The notes under the pieces: generated by a model
Databases searched by the model: none
The model's input: the letters and a program-made list of their open reading frames with translations, nothing else
What the model was told of the DNA's origin: nothing
Part shown: positions 47,303 to 57,165 of the stretch, one piece after another
Layout of the letters: each line of letters opens with the position of its first letter
Numbering within the stretch: position 1 is the first letter of the stretch
Translations under genes and position numbers: made by a program
DNA from: Oscillospiraceae bacterium
GTDB lineage: Bacteria; Bacillota; Clostridia; Oscillospirales; Oscillospiraceae
Length of the DNA stretch: 64,000 nucleotides
Assembly (NCBI GenBank): GCA_015067785.1
Contig: SVLR01000010.1
Location: forward strand, 1,915-65,914
Reading direction: 5' to 3'

Positions 47303-49110
47303 TATTTCCTCTTCTTTCGTAGGAAGCATACTTCCGTAATGCCAAGGGCAGCGGCAGCGAGGATGCCAACCACGACGATGACGGTCACGATAATGTCGCT
47401 GCCATCACCATCATCCGACTCAGGCTCGGTGGGTGCAGGCGCACCGATGACGGGTGCCAGCTCATAGCCGCAGCCGGTACAGATCTGAGGCTCTGTTTCC
47501 GTTGCCTCGGGGCCGGGGGTGTGGGCACTTTCGTCTTTTTTATCCCCGCAGCCGGTGCATTCATGCCAGTGGGTCTCGGTATTTGCGGACCACTCGGTCT
47601 TATAGCTATGCTGGGTCACACGGGTATAGCCACACACAGCACAGTCAGGATCGCAGGCATTTTCAAAATCGTGTGTCTGATATTCGCCCTTTTCCTCACA
47701 GCCGTCACAGCCGTGCCAGTGACCTTCTCTGTCTGTTTCCCAATCGGGACTGAAATGATGGGTATGCCCCAGAGCAGGCTGGATAATATAGCCGCATTCC
47801 AGACAGGTCTGCGGCTCCGTCTCCGTAGGCGCAGCACCGGGCGTATGTGCGATCGGCACTTCTTTCTTCTCTCCGCAGACAGCGCATTCGTGCCAATGTC
47901 CTGTCTCGTCTGCACTCCAGTTTTCGTTGTAGCTGTGCGTGATTTCCCGAACAGCGTGGCAGAACTCGCACTCCGGGTCGCAGTCGTTTTGATATGTATG
48001 GGTGGTGAGCATGGGCAGCTCCTCAGTGCGCTTTTCCTGACATTCAGAGCAGGTATAGGTCTTTTCGCCTACCTGAATACAGGTCGCTTCCGTAGTGATC
48101 ACACCTTCATCCCATTTATGGATACAGTCGGAGGCATTGTAGGAGAGCTTATCCGCCTGAATCGCTTCCTTTCCGGTGACCTGCGCCCACGCTTCCTCTG
48201 TGCCCTTATAGTAAACATTTTGCAGCTTTGTGCAGCTGTTGAACGCGCCCTCACCAATGGTAGTCAGGCTTCTGGGCAGCACAACATCCGTCAGCTTGTT
48301 GCAGCCCAAAAATGCATCCTTGCCAATGGTCTCCACGCCGTCCGGGAGAGCGATGGCAGTCAATCCCCAGCACAGAGCAAAGGCCTTTTCCCCGATGGTG
48401 GCCATACCCCTGCCAACGGTAAGCTTTCGAAGATTGTTGCATCTGAAAAAAGCGCTCTGTCCAATGGTTTTGACACCATTCGGGATTACGATGTTGGTCA
48501 AGCCCACGCACTCGTAAAACGCTTTATCAAAAATAACCTTTGTGCTTTCGTGCAGCTGACAAGTCGTGATCCCCTTGGAAACAGCTTCCATAAAAACGAT
48601 ATAGCGCTCTGCGTCATTGCCCAGATATCTTCCGTTACCGAATTCATTGTACGAAAGCGCGCTGCAATTTTCAAAGGCAGTGCCATCGATTTGCGTGATC
48701 GTTGCAGGGACAGACACCTTCGTGAGCTTTGCGCAGTTAGCAAAGGCACCGGCACCGATGGTGGTCAGTCCCTCCGGAAGGGTGATCTCCCCCAGCTTCT
48801 GGCAATTGCCAAATGCATTTTCCGCAATTGCAGTAATGCCTTCTGAAATGGTGATCCGCTCCAGGAGAATACAATCCTGAAATGCGCCTGCGCCAATAGT
48901 GGTTACGGGATAACCGCCTAACTGATCCGGCACAAGAATATGTCCCTTTACTGAGGTCTTGCATGCAGTCACCGTTGCTTTTCCGTCTATTACGGTATAG
49001 GTAAAGTTCCCCTCCGTAGCCTGCGCATTTGCTTTGGTGGGCACAAATACAGCCGCCAAAAGGCAGACGGTCAGCACCGCACATAATACACTAATCTTTC
49101 TCATTCTCAT
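47302..49110 (-). CDS. surface protein: BspA LRR_5 domain, Cys/His-rich repeats, C-terminal TM anchor
   Basis: Signal peptide, TIG..AF..C..L repeats, HWHEC..CG repeats, TM followed by RKKRK. Confidence 0.85.
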   Translation of the reverse strand: MRMRKISVLCAVLTVCLLAAVFVPTKANAQATEGNFTYTVIDGKATVTACKTSVKGHILVPDQLGGYPVTTIGAGAFQDCILLERITISEGITAIAENAFGNCQKLGEITLPEGLTTIGAGAFANCAKLTKVSVPATITQIDGTAFENCSALSYNEFGNGRYLGNDAERYIVFMEAVSKGITTCQLHESTKVIFDKAFYECVGLTNIVIPNGVKTIGQSAFFRCNNLRKLTVGRGMATIGEKAFALCWGLTAIALPDGVETIGKDAFLGCNKLTDVVLPRSLTTIGEGAFNSCTKLQNVYYKGTEEAWAQVTGKEAIQADKLSYNASDCIHKWDEGVITTEATCIQVGEKTYTCSECQEKRTEELPMLTTHTYQNDCDPECEFCHAVREITHSYNENWSADETGHWHECAVCGEKKEVPIAHTPGAAPTETEPQTCLECGYIIQPALGHTHHFSPDWETDREGHWHGCDGCEEKGEYQTHDFENACDPDCAVCGYTRVTQHSYKTEWSANTETHWHECTGCGDKKDESAHTPGPEATETEPQICTGCGYELAPVIGAPAPTEPESDDGDGSDIIVTVIVVVGILAAAALGITEVCFLRKKRK

Positions 49111-49135
49111 TCCTCCAAAACAAGGATTCTCTCTA

Positions 49136-51097
49136 TCATTCGCCACGGAGGCGGATAATTTCATCACGCAGAAGCGCTGCATATTCGTATTCCATCATGC
49201 GTGCCGCTTCCTTCATCTGCTTTTCAAGACGCGCGATCTCTTTTTCCTTCTCTGCCTTGGTCAGCTTGATACCGGCTCTTCCCTTCCGCTCTGCGGTGGG
49301 CGAGGAAATTTCGATCAGGTCGCGGACGGACTTGATAATGGTCTTGGGCACGATTCCGTGCTTTTCGTTATAGGCATTTTGAATTTCACGGCGGCGGGCG
49401 GTGGTGTCAATTGCCACCTGCATGGAGGGTGTTACCGCATCGGCATACATAATGACCTTGCCCTCCGCATTTCGGGCTGCGCGGCCAATGGTCTGTATCA
49501 GACTGGTCTCGGAACGGAGGAAGCCCTCCTTGTCCGCATCCAGAATTGCCACCAAGCTGACCTCCGGCAGATCAAGACCTTCCCGAAGGAGGTTGATGCC
49601 CACCAGTACATCGAATTTTGCCATACGCAGGTCGCGAATGATCTCCATTCGCTCCATCGTACCGATGTCCGCGTGCATATAGCGGACGCGGATGCCCATT
49701 TTTTGCAAATAAACCGTCAGGTCTTCTGCCATTTTCTTGGTCAGTGTCGTCACCAATACCCGCTCGTTTTTCGCGCTGCGGGCGTTGATCTCGCCAATGA
49801 GATCGTCGATCTGCCCCTCTACGGGCCGCACCTCTACAATAGGGTCAAGCAGTCCGGTGGGGCGAATGACCTGCTCTACGGTCTGCCCAGAGCGGGTCAG
49901 CTCATAAGTGCCGGGCGTAGCAGAAACATAGATGCGCTGATGGAGCTTGTCAGTAAATTCATCGAAATTCAGCGGGCGGTTATCGTAGGCCGAGGGCAGC
50001 CGGAAGCCGTAATTGACCAGCGCATCCTTGCGGCTGCGGTCACCGGCGTACATAGCTCTCGTTTGGGGCAGAGTCACATGGCTCTCGTCAATAAAGAGCA
50101 GAAAATCATCGGGGAAATAATCCAAAAGCGTTGTAGGCGGTGTGCCGGGCGCACGCCCCTGAATGACCCGGGAATAATTTTCGATACCGGTGCAAAAACC
50201 GATCTCGGTGAGCATCTCCAAATCGTAATTGGTCCGCTGAGCGATCCGCTGGGCTTCGATCAGCTTATCCTGACTGCGGAAAAATTCCACTTGCTGGTCG
50301 CATTCCTTGCGGATCTCCGCCATTGCCCGCTCTAATTTTTCCCGGGATGCCACATAGTGGCTGGCGGGATAGATGGCAATGTGGTCGATATACCGCTCCA
50401 CCATTCCGGTGACAGCATTGATTTCACTAATACGGTCGATCTCGTCACCAAAGAACTCTACACGGATGGCTCTGCCATTCCAGTAGGCGGGATAAACCTC
50501 TAAGGTATCGCCCCGGACACGGAACTTATTCCGGGAAAAATCAATGTCGTTGCGCTCGTAGCGAATTTCCGCTAATTTGGCAAGAATTTCATCCATAGGA
50601 CGCTCCTGCCCGGTGCGCAGCGAAATGACCATACTCTTATAGTCAATGGGGTCGCCCAAGCCATAAAGACAGCTTACCGAGGAAACCACGATCACATCCC
50701 GCCGCTCAAAGAGCGCAGAGGTTGCGCTGTGGCGCAGGCGGTCGATCTCCTCATTGACGGAGGAATCCTTTTCGATATAGGTGTCCGTGTGGGCGATGTA
50801 GGCCTCCGGCTGATAGTAGTCGTAATAGGAGACAAAATACTCCACCGCATTGTCCGGGAAAAACTCCCGGAACTCCGAGCAGAGCTGGGCGGCGAGGGTC
50901 TTATTATGGGCAAGCACCAAGGTGGGACGGTTTGCATTGGCGATGATGTTCGCCATCGTAAAGGTCTTACCCGAACCGGTGACACCAAGCAGCACCTGTT
51001 CCTCGATGCCGTTCTCGATACCCATAGACAGCTTCTCAATTGCCTCCGGCTGATCGCCGGTAGGCTTATAGTCGGATTTCAACACAAACTTGTCCAT
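49136..51097 (-). CDS. uvrB: excinuclease ABC subunit B
   Basis: [32 protein letters not shown]-terminal UVR domain. Confidence 0.97.
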   Translation of the reverse strand: MDKFVLKSDYKPTGDQPEAIEKLSMGIENGIEEQVLLGVTGSGKTFTMANIIANANRPTLVLAHNKTLAAQLCSEFREFFPDNAVEYFVSYYDYYQPEAYIAHTDTYIEKDSSVNEEIDRLRHSATSALFERRDVIVVSSVSCLYGLGDPIDYKSMVISLRTGQERPMDEILAKLAEIRYERNDIDFSRNKFRVRGDTLEVYPAYWNGRAIRVEFFGDEIDRISEINAVTGMVERYIDHIAIYPASHYVASREKLERAMAEIRKECDQQVEFFRSQDKLIEAQRIAQRTNYDLEMLTEIGFCTGIENYSRVIQGRAPGTPPTTLLDYFPDDFLLFIDESHVTLPQTRAMYAGDRSRKDALVNYGFRLPSAYDNRPLNFDEFTDKLHQRIYVSATPGTYELTRSGQTVEQVIRPTGLLDPIVEVRPVEGQIDDLIGEINARSAKNERVLVTTLTKKMAEDLTVYLQKMGIRVRYMHADIGTMERMEIIRDLRMAKFDVLVGINLLREGLDLPEVSLVAILDADKEGFLRSETSLIQTIGRAARNAEGKVIMYADAVTPSMQVAIDTTARRREIQNAYNEKHGIVPKTIIKSVRDLIEISSPTAERKGRAGIKLTKAEKEKEIARLEKQMKEAARMMEYEYAALLRDEIIRLRGE

Positions 51098-51139
51098 TCC
51101 GCCCCTCCTTTCCCTTTTCTAAATAGTATAGCACAGGGT

Positions 51140-51596
51140 AGTTACAAAATACAAGTTACAAATTATAAATTATGAGCGCACACCGCTGTGCACTTTGTAG
51201 GGAACGGATTTATCCGTTCCATTTTGGAATGCATAAATGCATTCCCTACATTTTTGTCGCAAAACCTTCGCCTTTGGGGAAGGTGGCATTTGCGAGGAAC
51301 GAGCAAATGACAGATGAGGTACAAATAACCCCACCCACCGCAAGCGGTCCCCCGTGTTTATTGAATGATTGCCACCGGCAATCATTTAGATTTTGATTCG
51401 CTGCGCGGAGCACCACCCCAAAGGGGAGGGTAAAAATCCCCTCCCCTGGGGAGAGGGTGGCCGAGCATCGCGAGGTCGGATGAGGTGTCTAAAACCACTC
51501 CACCTCATCAGTCAAAAATCAAAGATTTTTGACAGCTTCCCCTCAAGGGGAAGCCTTTTTACGCAAAATCCGCACCGCGAAAAATCGCGGTGCGGG
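51140..51596. repeat. patch of REP/MITE-like palindromes
   Basis: Heptamer run, TGTAGGGA..TCCCTACA pair (51196-51250), CCTTC..GAAGG hairpins, AATGATTGCC-acc-GGCAATCATT, copy 1 of the 121-bp repeat (51456-51576). Confidence 0.8.
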
Positions 51597-51609
51597 TTGC
51601 TTATGATAA

Positions 51610-53247
51610 TTATCGCAGTTCGGGGAGCTTGCCGTCTACAAGGAACCAAACCATTCTGTCAAAATACATCGTATTTTCCAGGAAATCAGCAGACAGCAGC
51701 TCGCTTTCTGTCTTTGCCGTGCCGATATCGTTGGTGGGAGTTACTTCCTCGGTAGTCTCTTTCTCCTCGACGATCGTTGTCTTTGTGATAGTCATAGTGT
51801 CTAAGTAACAGCAATCCTTTTCCGTACCGGTAGACAGACCAACAAACTTGCCAACATTTTCCGCTGCACCGCTGATGGAAATGCTGCCGGTGGAGAAACA
51901 CTTATGAATGACATATTCTTTATTTGCCAGCTTCTCATTATAACCTGCAAAGCCGCCGATAGCCTTGATCGTCGCGGTATTGTCCGCAATATCGCAGGTG
52001 CTGTAGCAGTTATAGAGCTTACCGCTGGTATAGCCTACAAAGCCGCCAATCAGGGTTTCTGTAGTACCGGCAGTGTGATCGATATTGATATTCCCCTCTG
52101 CTGAGCAGTTCTCTACAGAAGCGGTATTCTCACCAACTGCACCACCCAATCGGAGATTCGAGCGGTTACCGATGCAGGTAATAGTAATATCGCAGACGCT
52201 GCCGCTTGCTGATGTATCACCAATATTGGCACCTACAATACCGCCAACATAGCTGTAGCTCAGTCCTGCTGTTATAGTTGTACTTGTAATGTGAATACTT
52301 CCATTGTTGGTGCCATCACTGAGCACTGCGTCCGCTTGGTTTTGACCGATAAGTCCACCAACGAAATGACTGACTGATCTGCTCTGCCAACCTTGATAAC
52401 TGTTGGGATGGTGACCCCCCTGCGTTGTCTCTACATAGATTTTCACATTGGTTTTGCAGTTTACAACTGTGCCATAATTGCGACCTGCAACACCGCCAAC
52501 ATACATGCTATGATTACTATTATTACCGGAGACTTTGCAGGCAATCTTCATTTCACCGTCAAGAACCGCACAGTTTTCAACCGCTCCGTAGTTGATGCTG
52601 CAAACAATACCGTAGGCCTTATCACTACCTGTATCTCTCTTAATATCGAAGGTAAAATCACCAAAAGAGAGATTTTTAACAGTGCCTCTATTAGTGCGGA
52701 TAAAAGCAACATTCAGCGCGCTCTCACTCATCGTATAGTTATAGATCTTATAGCCGTTGCCCTCTAACTCACCGGTAAATTCGTCGATAGGCGTAAGCGT
52801 ATTGCCCTTGCAGTTAATGTCACAGGCAAGAAGATACTTTGCGGCAGGATCGTCCTTAATGGCCATCAGCTGTTCCACATTGGAGATCACGATATACTCA
52901 CCCAAAGCGGTCTCATAAAACTTGGCATAGAGCGTAACATCCTCATCCAGCGGGTAATCAAAGAAGTAGCGGCTCGTCAGCTCCGCATCCAGATACCAGC
53001 CTGCAAAGACGCAGCCTTCCTTTGTGGGGATGGGCATAACAGCAGTCTCTCCGTCCGGAACGGTAACGGAAGATACGACACCCTCCACATTCTGCCCGCC
53101 GTTTAATTCAAAGTTGATGGTATACTCCGCAGGAGGCTCTGTGGGCTGCTCTGTGGGTGGCTCTGTAGGATCGCTGCCGCCAAAGCTACAGGCGCAGAGG
53201 GACAAAACGATCATAAGGGTAAGTAGTATTGCGGTTAGTTTTTTCAT
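51610..53247 (-). CDS. lipoprotein with InlB B-repeat and GLUG-like repeats
   Basis: Lipobox LCAC, PTE linker, PTKEGCVFAGWY...TLYAK B-repeat, repeated VGG..G.N motifs. Confidence 0.85.
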   Translation of the reverse strand: MKKLTAILLTLMIVLSLCACSFGGSDPTEPPTEQPTEPPAEYTINFELNGGQNVEGVVSSVTVPDGETAVMPIPTKEGCVFAGWYLDAELTSRYFFDYPLDEDVTLYAKFYETALGEYIVISNVEQLMAIKDDPAAKYLLACDINCKGNTLTPIDEFTGELEGNGYKIYNYTMSESALNVAFIRTNRGTVKNLSFGDFTFDIKRDTGSDKAYGIVCSINYGAVENCAVLDGEMKIACKVSGNNSNHSMYVGGVAGRNYGTVVNCKTNVKIYVETTQGGHHPNSYQGWQSRSVSHFVGGLIGQNQADAVLSDGTNNGSIHITSTTITAGLSYSYVGGIVGANIGDTSASGSVCDITITCIGNRSNLRLGGAVGENTASVENCSAEGNINIDHTAGTTETLIGGFVGYTSGKLYNCYSTCDIADNTATIKAIGGFAGYNEKLANKEYVIHKCFSTGSISISGAAENVGKFVGLSTGTEKDCCYLDTMTITKTTIVEEKETTEEVTPTNDIGTAKTESELLSADFLENTMYFDRMVWFLVDGKLPELR

Positions 53248-53269
53248 TTCTTTCTCCTCCATAAAAATA

Positions 53270-53516
53270 AAAAGTGCGACCACCGAAGCAGTCGCACAAA
53301 AAACGCAAACTCCGATAGTCGCCAAACCAATTCAATATAAAGGGCACAGTTATTCACGAGCACAATCGTATTGATGGAATTTGCATTTTTATCAAATTCT
53401 CATTACGATTTTGCCCGAAAAAGGGTATAGTATCCCTATAAAAAGATAGAGCGCCCCTATCGTATATTAAATTGGTTTGGCATAGCTATCGTAACATACT
53501 TGTCAAATTTTTGCAA
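53270..53516 (-). promoter_or_regulatory. promoter plus long structured leader/ncRNA plus terminator
   Basis: TTGCAA-17-TACGAT; 19-bp terminal stem (53463-53481 with 53321-53339); terminator GTGCGAC..GTCGCAC-TTTT before the RBS. Confidence 0.55.
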
Positions 53517-53549
53517 TAGTTTGTAGAAAAATAAAAATTGCTTTAGGGA

Positions 53550-53969
53550 AAGCCTTCTCCTTGAGGAGAAGGTGGCCGAGCATCGCGAGGTCGGATGAGG
53601 TGTCTAAAACCACTCCACCTCATCAGTCAAAAATCAAAGATTTTTGACAGCTTCCCCTCAAGGGGAAGCCTTTTTACGCAAAATCCGCACCACGGAAAAA
53701 CCGTGGTGCGGTAATTTGTAGGGACCGGCGTCCTCGACGGTCCAAAAATCCCCTCCCCCGGGGGGAGGGTGGCCGAGCAGCGCGAGGTCGGGTGAGGAAT
53801 GGCGAAATATCAAACCCAAAAATATGTCTATGCGTTTTGCAAACCTATCATTTGCCGCCCGCATTCCTCATCCGCCCCTTTCGGGGCACCTTCCCCCCGG
53901 GGGAAGGGTTATATACGAAGATGCATCCGGGAGATTGCCACGGGCGCAAACGCGCCCGTGGCAATGACA
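53550..53969. repeat. second REP/MITE patch
   Basis: Copy 2 of the 121-bp repeat (53571-53691), TGTAGGGACCG..CGGTCC, CCCTCCCCCGGGGGGAGGG, CCTTCCCCCCGGGGGAAGG, GAGATTGCC..GGCAATGACA. Confidence 0.8.
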
Positions 53970-53977
53970 ATCGGAAA

Positions 53978-54643
53978 TTAGAAAAATACGCTCTTAGCTT
54001 TTTCCTTGATCTCCTTGGAGGCAATGAAAGGGATGCGGGTGGTGTAGCCGTTCTTGGCGGCAACGATCTTTTTGGTGGGCCAAGCAAAGATGTCCCGGTT
54101 CCACTGGTCGATGGTATCGTTATACAGCTCTCTTGCGGCGGTGATTTCCCGCTGCAGGTACATATTCTGCTGCATTGCGTCAGCGATCTCCCGATGGGCG
54201 GCAAGATCAGGATAGTTTTCCACCGCCACATTGATGTCCCTGGAAATATTCTCGATCTGACCGCTCATTTCGTTACGGGCAGCGTCCGCATCAGCACTCC
54301 CGGAGCGGTACTTTGCCAGCTCCACAAAGGTGCTCTTATCGAGGTCGATGGCCTTATCCAGCAGCCGGGCGCAGTTCTGGAGCACCATCACCCGCTGCTC
54401 TAAGTAGTTGTCGATCTGGGAGGCGTTTCTCTGGATCTTCTGCTGGAGTTGGTCAAAATGCTTCTGGGCGTTGGTCTTCATAAAAAGAAACACAACGCCG
54501 GGGATGATGCCGCAGATCCACAGGAAGATCTCAAAGATCTTGGAGCCAACACCCACCTCTACCGGGATTTTCTTGACGATCACATTGGTGTCTAAACCTT
54601 CTTCTCTGATTTCGGGACTGAGTTCATCTAATTGATTTGCCAT
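53978..54643 (-). CDS. LemA family protein
   Basis: TM segment, IDNYLEQR, VAVENYPDL.A, ITAARELYN..WN..IFAWP. Confidence 0.88.
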   Translation of the reverse strand: MANQLDELSPEIREEGLDTNVIVKKIPVEVGVGSKIFEIFLWICGIIPGVVFLFMKTNAQKHFDQLQQKIQRNASQIDNYLEQRVMVLQNCARLLDKAIDLDKSTFVELAKYRSGSADADAARNEMSGQIENISRDINVAVENYPDLAAHREIADAMQQNMYLQREITAARELYNDTIDQWNRDIFAWPTKKIVAAKNGYTTRIPFIASKEIKEKAKSVFF

Positions 54644-54656
54644 AATAATTTCTCCT

Positions 54657-56264
54657 TTATGATTTATGGAATATGCTTAAGCCGTTACGGCTTGCAATTG
54701 AGGAATTTGTCTGTTCACTACGCGCAACAAGGAAATGGTTTTCTGCCTTTAGTGGCAGATAGTCGTCCCACTCCACCGGCACGCTGTGCATCCGTCCGTC
54801 ACCGCCCAGCATCGGCACAAAGTCCAACCGTTTCGCAATGTCGTAGGAATAAGCGGTGATGCAGGTTTCATCCACGCCATCCTTGGAGCGGACAAAGGAG
54901 GATTTCAGGATCGCCTCCGTCTTTGTCTCGGGGTGGACCATATGACTGGGATTTGCCGCATTGGCGAGGGTCTCAAACTGTTTGAGGGAATACTGCTGAG
55001 AAAGATCCGGAATGGGCTTTAAGGAATGGACCGGCCGCTCCTGATACATAGGGATCGCCAGCAGCGGCGCAAAATCAAAATACACCGCCTTGAAGAAATC
55101 CGTATTTTTGCCTTCAAAATTGCTCTTAATAATGTCGAAGCTATAAGAGGTGTACGCATCAGGTGAAAGCAATAAGGGTCTTCCCTGAGAGTGCTGGGTG
55201 ATGATCCGGTTGGTGCGTTTTGCTTTCAGGAAATGGAAATCGTCACCGTAGCCGGTTTTGGATAGCAGCAGGTCCACCATATTGGTCTGCGCCAAGGGGG
55301 TAAACAACGTGCGGAACTGGACCTCGTCTGTTCTGTCCAGCGCGTCAAACAGCACCTCGAACTCGGAGTTGGACATACTGGTAAAGTCGTCGTTTTCTTC
55401 CACCGCTTCCTCGTTCAGCTTTTGCAGCTTCCGTTCGCCCTTTTTTACATAACGCTCGATTTGCTTTTCACTCTTACGGTCCAAATTGGTGGCATCCCGG
55501 GTAAAAGATAGCTCCGGTCCGCCCTGGGCGCAATAGGAAAGCACCACTTGCGTGTGATAATAGGGCTTGGGCTTGGTGACCGTTGCGTGCAGCGTCTGGG
55601 ATTGGGTGCGGGTGTGCCAGTTGCCCTTGCTGTCCCGGTAGCGCTCGGTCCAGTGGATGGTCTTATAGCCGTGGTAGGTCTCCACACCCATGGTATGGAT
55701 CTTTTTCTTTTCGAACAGGAAGGGATTTTCGTTATAGTGGCCTGCCAGTACATCCACGGAAGACCGCTCCACATCGTCCTGCACAGAAAAATCATAATTG
55801 ACCTTCATATCCGTTTCCTGCTCAGCAGAAAAACAGGGTGCAAAGGTAAGCAGTGGCATTGTCTCCTCAATTAGACGAAGGGCATCCTGATCGGTAAAGA
55901 GCGCATTTAGGGGTGCCATCTGTCTTTGTGCCTCATTTAGCAGCTCCTCCGCCTTTTGGTCTGCCTCCTCGATCTCTTTTTTAAGGGCGCGGATCATCGG
56001 GGTCAGCTTCCAGATCACCAGTGGGATCAAAATGATAGTAATGCAAGCCAGCACCCGAAAAAAACGCAGCCAATTCCGCTTGGTAGTGAGCTTTCCCACA
56101 TTTTCCTTGCAGGCGTTATACTGCCGGACAGTCTCCCGGTTTTTTTCAATGTCCACACCGGACTGCTTCACAAGACTTTCAAAAAACGCTTCCGTTTTTG
56201 CAAGATGCTGTTCTTTCAGTCTCGTTTCAAAGGCCTCCAACGGGTCAAAAATCGCTGTTTCCAT
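54657..56264 (-). CDS. LemA-associated membrane protein (MAG1210-like)
   Basis: Single TM flanked by coiled coils, G..NENPF, QTLHA.VTKPKP, FDALDR.DEVQFR.LFTPLAQ; family name recalled from memory. Confidence 0.6.
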   Translation of the reverse strand: METAIFDPLEAFETRLKEQHLAKTEAFFESLVKQSGVDIEKNRETVRQYNACKENVGKLTTKRNWLRFFRVLACITIILIPLVIWKLTPMIRALKKEIEEADQKAEELLNEAQRQMAPLNALFTDQDALRLIEETMPLLTFAPCFSAEQETDMKVNYDFSVQDDVERSSVDVLAGHYNENPFLFEKKKIHTMGVETYHGYKTIHWTERYRDSKGNWHTRTQSQTLHATVTKPKPYYHTQVVLSYCAQGGPELSFTRDATNLDRKSEKQIERYVKKGERKLQKLNEEAVEENDDFTSMSNSEFEVLFDALDRTDEVQFRTLFTPLAQTNMVDLLLSKTGYGDDFHFLKAKRTNRIITQHSQGRPLLLSPDAYTSYSFDIIKSNFEGKNTDFFKAVYFDFAPLLAIPMYQERPVHSLKPIPDLSQQYSLKQFETLANAANPSHMVHPETKTEAILKSSFVRSKDGVDETCITAYSYDIAKRLDFVPMLGGDGRMHSVPVEWDDYLPLKAENHFLVARSEQTNSSIASRNGLSIFHKS

Positions 56265-56364
56265 CCTATCCCCCCTTTTTACGACATTATACAGCATTTT
56301 TCACCCTGTGTAAAGATTTGCTTTCAAAATCATCCGATGCAAGTTCTTCCATCCCTGTAAAAAC

Positions 56365-56391
56365 AAAAGAGCAGGTAACTCCTGCTCTTTT
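56365..56391 (-). terminator. intrinsic terminator
   Basis: AAAAGAGCAGG-taact-CCTGCTCTTTT. Confidence 0.8.
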
Positions 56392-56446
56392 GCTTTACAC
56401 TTAATTTATTCTCATTGCTTATTGCAATGATCTGCATTATTACGCC

Positions 56447-57151
56447 CTATCCATTCTTTAATAGCTTACACTTTGCATTTCTTTCCTTAATTAGGATCAG
56501 AATTTCCGCAGCAGCGGTGGAAACTGCCTGAACATCGTCTGCTGACACAGCATCGGATAAAACGGCAAACTTGACGGTTATCTGTCCCTCGATGGAGGCT
56601 ATCATATCACTGCTTATAGGATCAGAATAGCGTGCTGCTTCATAGAGCTTTTTACATTCCGCCCTGACTGCATCACTCTTGGCTCTTGCCATCAGTCCCT
56701 CTGCATCCACAGTTAGAGACTTGATAAAAATGGTCTGCTGCTTTACTTTGCTATCGATACGCACAACTTCGTCAATAGCACCTACTGTCTTAACAACGGC
56801 AATCACATTTGCTGCCAAGATGATAGAACACACGAGGATACCAATCCAATAAGGCAGCGGAGAAATCAGCATACACAATCCACCAAAAAAGAAGGTGGTG
56901 GTCAGACCACTATAGCTGGTCTTAAGCAGAGATATGCGATAGAAAAGTTTTTGTGCATTGGTTTCTTTCAGCGCAAAATAGGCGCAAATCAATTGACCAA
57001 GAAATGTAACTGTAATGAAAGCATAGCCGGTCCAAAAGGCGGTCGTATATTTTTCCTGTCCTTCCCACCCTGCGGAAACAAAGGCAATCACATTAAACAG
57101 AACCAAAAGGGCTGCCCATACAGCAGTATATAAACCAAATCGCTTTTTCAT
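56447..57151 (-). CDS. hypothetical membrane protein, four TM plus C-terminal helical domain
   Basis: Four hydrophobic segments, then E.ARYSDPIS...ERN..CK; RBS GGAG. Confidence 0.75.
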   Translation of the reverse strand: MKKRFGLYTAVWAALLVLFNVIAFVSAGWEGQEKYTTAFWTGYAFITVTFLGQLICAYFALKETNAQKLFYRISLLKTSYSGLTTTFFFGGLCMLISPLPYWIGILVCSIILAANVIAVVKTVGAIDEVVRIDSKVKQQTIFIKSLTVDAEGLMARAKSDAVRAECKKLYEAARYSDPISSDMIASIEGQITVKFAVLSDAVSADDVQAVSTAAAEILILIKERNAKCKLLKNG

Positions 57152-57165
57152 AATTCTCCCCCCTA

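Noticed and set aside
47521-50335. Plus-strand ORFs of 441 and 433 aa
   Set aside because: Antisense to the LRR gene and uvrB; no independent coding evidence
51170-51808. Short ORFs in the repeat patch (similarly 53658-54231)
   Set aside because: Translations of GC-rich palindromic repeats without RBS
51140-53970. CRISPR array
   Set aside because: No constant repeat with regular unique spacers and no cas genes; these are REP/MITE-like palindromes
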